Positions 60,908 to 64,000 of a stretch of DNA of 64,000 nt are shown one piece after another. Origin of the DNA: Schmidtea polychroa (taxonomy: Eukaryota); the NCBI GenBank assembly GCA_044892525.1, contig CM097886.1:182640312-182704311 (forward strand). The letters are read 5' to 3'. The translations under genes and the position numbers were made by a program. Within the stretch, counting starts at the first letter, position 1; the number at the start of each line of letters is the position of its first letter. The notes under the pieces were generated by a model. That model ran no database searches and had not been told where the DNA came from. It was given only the letters and a program-made list of their open reading frames with translations.

Positions 60908-62044
60908 TTACGAGATAATGCAAAAGATTGCTTGATTCGAGTTGTTGCCGTGAGTTCTTAGTCAGAAACAATAACAATTTGGCTTAACGTGTTAATTGTC
61001 CAATTCACTATCTATTATTATGATTATTAACTATATTTTTAAATGTATAAAAATACCAATTTAGAAAGACGTAAAATTTATAATTAATTAAAATATCAAT
61101 ATTATATAAATTATTTTATTGCTAAAATTATTGAACAACTTTCCGTTTTTATGAACTTTTCATTAACAATTTAATACAAATGATTTTGAAAATGAAAAAT
61201 TGATTGAATTAATTGAAAAATCATAATTAAAATTTTATAGATTTATAATAAAATAATATTAATAACTGTTAATCAATTAAATGATAATTTAAGCCTTTAG
61301 CATCGAATTATATATTTAATATAAATTAAAAATTTTCAACTGTTAAAATAGTCCTTTTCAATTTCCTGCAATTTAGCTTCTTCTTTTTTCAAATGCTTTT
61401 TGATCTTCTCTTTTATTTCCTTTTTCTTACTTCTCATTGGTTAAAAATAATTACAAAAATAATAATTTAAAAATAACAGAAAACTATATCAAATATTAAA
61501 GAAATATACTTTTAGAGATCATTAGGAATAAAAATAAAAACATTTTTAAAAATCTTTAAATTGTGTATATAAATAGTTATTGGAAACTATATATTTATAA
61601 ATAGGTTATTATATTATTTATTAAAAGAGGTTTCCATGAGCCAATTTATTAAAGCTTTAAAGACTTAAATTTTTTTATTGTTTTGTTTTGAATTTTAGAG
61701 GATATTTAATAAAAAATAAATTAAAATTTTTAAATTCTTCAGAAAAAAGTTTATTATTATTTTTAAAAAATGAGAAGTAAGAAAAAGGAAATAAAAGAGA
61801 ACATCAAAAAGTATTTGAAAATAGAAGAAGTTAAATTCCAGGAAATTGAAAAGGACTACTTTTATAGTGGAATATTCTGTTCTCATCCTATGAACAAGAC
61901 TGTTGCTATCAAAATCTTTTTAAACAGAAATATTGACGATGGAAGGAAATTACAGTTATTTCTTTCTGACTTTTTAAAATGTTAAGTCTAACAGGAATAT
62001 AATGAATCCTCTACTAGCACCAACTCATGTCTACGCCCTAGTTT

Positions 62045-62110
62045 TGTCGCGATTCCGGCTTCAATTATATATATATATATATATATATAATTGAAGCCGG
62101 AATCGCGACA
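62045..62110. repeat. Perfect 66-bp palindrome with a (TA)12 centre
   Basis: TGTCGCGATTCCGGCTTCAAT-(TA)12-ATTGAAGCCGGAATCGCGACA. Confidence 0.97.
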
Positions 62111-62183
62111 TTTCCCCCGATAATAATGATCAAATATACCTCCTTGCCTCTGATTTCAACTCCTCTACATCCGTGTACAATAT

Positions 62184-62858
62184 TCACTGAACTTTCGACA
62201 TTTTTGGTGTAAATCTGTTAAATTTATAATATTTTAACATAGTATGAATTATAATTTATTAAATTGAATTTATTTTATTATCATTCAATAGGGAAAAATC
62301 GATTTTCAGATAACATTCAAATAAAAATGTCATGTTTAAATTTAAATTTATTGTTATTTCTTGTCCAATAATTGTGCAATGATAGTGAAAAAAAGCATTT
62401 TATTGAAAAAACGGGATATGTATATTAGAGTAATCAATCTACTTACTTTTTGACTTTCATTGGTTCTTCCAGTTTTTGGAAATGGTGATTGTTTTCAGCA
62501 ACAAATGATTCAAAGCAATTCTTTGCTGCCTCATGGTATCGGTTTCCAAGTCCAACTTCAGTGTTATCTTTGCGTGGCACAAAGCCAGTGTAACCCGGTA
62601 TCGGAGGCTCGAGGATGTGCCTCCTGTCACTGGCTAATGTTGACATTTTTGTCAAGTTATCACTCCAGAGATTCATATGATCTTTCACTCGCAAATCTGA
62701 ACATATTGGACGAAGCTTTGGAAACATGCTTGCCATCTTTTTGATATCGTTCAATTTTGCTTCATTTCTTTCATAGTCCGTAATGAATTCATTGACTGCC
62801 TCATCACAAATGCTGCGATATGTACCACCAAATTTGTAATTCCAATGAGGAATATCAC
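62184..62858 (-). CDS. FAM166/CIMIP2-like ciliary microtubule inner protein, 3' part (exon 62858-62447; tentative last exon 62214-62184)
   Basis: Two family-type repeats, G.IPHWNYKFGGTY and PPIPGYTGFVPRK...GLGNRY. AG acceptor at 62859-62860 and GTAAGT donor at 62446. Upstream exons were not found. Confidence 0.7.
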
Positions 62859-63014
62859 CTGAAAATGTGCTAACAATATTCGATATCTCTTAACGGTTTA
62901 AGGAAGAATTTCTACCGAAAATTAAGGGATCTTTCTTTTCCTAATGTAAAAAGAACTGAAGAGATAAAATGGCAATCAGACGACAAAAGGAATAATTTAA
63001 TGGTTGCTCTACAC

Positions 63015-63244
63015 CAGTGTTTCCCGATCTTTTTTATACCATGTCGCACAGTAGAATTTCCAAATGTCATATGCCACACTGGCCCCTTTGAAATAGATGT
63101 CAAACTTCGATAATCAGTATTGCCAGCATGCAAAAATATCGGTCGTGAATGAGCATGTTATATTAAAAAAATATATGTTGAATATTTGATAATTGCTGAT
63201 GTGTCCCACCTCTGAGGGGTGATGCCCCACCGTGGGAAACACTG
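63015..63244. mobile_element. hAT (Charlie-like) MITE
   Basis: Perfect 11-bp TIRs CAGTGTTTCCC/GGGAAACACTG. The 8-bp flanks CTCTACAC/CTCAACGC match 6/8. Confidence 0.85.
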
Positions 63245-64000
63245 CTCAACGCGTTCTATTTTAGCACTTTAATCCATAAATGTTGAAAATATCCAATAAA
63301 TAAATCGCATTCTTAGTCAAATGTTAAACGCAATTTTTAAATTTAAAAAATAAAAAATTAAAAAAAAATTAAATAATAAAATATAAAATTAATTATTTAA
63401 AATGCAATTGGTCAATTATATAAATATTAATTTGAGCTAAATCTCAAATTAAATCTAAATCTCAAAAAAAGATTTAATTTCATTTTTTTCCTATTGTTTG
63501 AATATAATCAAGTTTTTCGTTTTTGAGAAAATTTTAATATGAATTTTTGTGCTTGATTAATAATTAAGAAATTAAATAATTAATGGGAAATACAATTAAA
63601 AATGTCAATCGATTGTTTTGAATGTTGATCATGGAGCACAATGAAGGGTTGTGACAATCATTGATCGTTTTGAAGGCTGATTCATCTAAAGACCTATTAG
63701 CCATTTATATATCTACCCATTCCGATTATTTCTCCAGTCCTGGCTAACCTCTCTGCACAACTAAATATTAACTCCTCAGCTCATTCAGAAACGTATTTTC
63801 ATTTAATTCGACTTTTTGATGGAAAGTTTTTAATGGATGATTTTGTGACTATAAATATCCATCAAATCCTAACCGGTTTATTCTATCCAATGCCTTTCCT
63901 TAATGCAGTTCTCTCATACTTTTTATTGGCAATTAATCTTCTTTTAGGCCACAATTCCAAATTTGCTTAAATTTCTTTCATGTAACTCATTTAATAACTC

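Noticed and set aside
63640-64000. Possible LINE RT C-terminal remnant on the minus strand
   Set aside because: Multiple stops and only a loose RLxRTG-like match; insufficient.

Overview
AT-rich eukaryotic genomic DNA, most likely from a fast-evolving ciliated invertebrate. This rests on 41-60 nt GT-AG introns, animal-type genes and a FAM166/CIMIP2-like ciliary gene; I cannot assign the taxon. Host genes reconstructed by hand across introns: NUP85 (minus, 8 exons), two head-to-head COA6 paralogues missed by the ORF track, PPIL2 (plus, 9 exons), a FAM166/CIMIP2-like gene and an intermediate-filament/lamin-like fragment. Most of the remainder is mobile DNA. It includes a full-length Ty3/Gypsy element with identical 115-bp LTRs, a 5-bp TSD and a predicted A_AAA_AAC plus pseudoknot -1 frameshift signal; a TG..CA solo-LTR-like family with 4-bp TSDs; several Penelope-like (GIY-YIG) fragments whose pseudo-LTRs carry minimal type-I hammerhead ribozymes with a one-nucleotide core insertion; hAT, Tc1 (DD34E) and pogo elements and MITEs; a repeat-rich 6-kb block ending in a possible Polinton/Maverick-like terminus; and a 2.1-kb 25-bp satellite in which nearly every unit carries an AP-1 consensus site. 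All alignments and folds were done by eye. Many N-runs from 39 kb onward limit interpretation.
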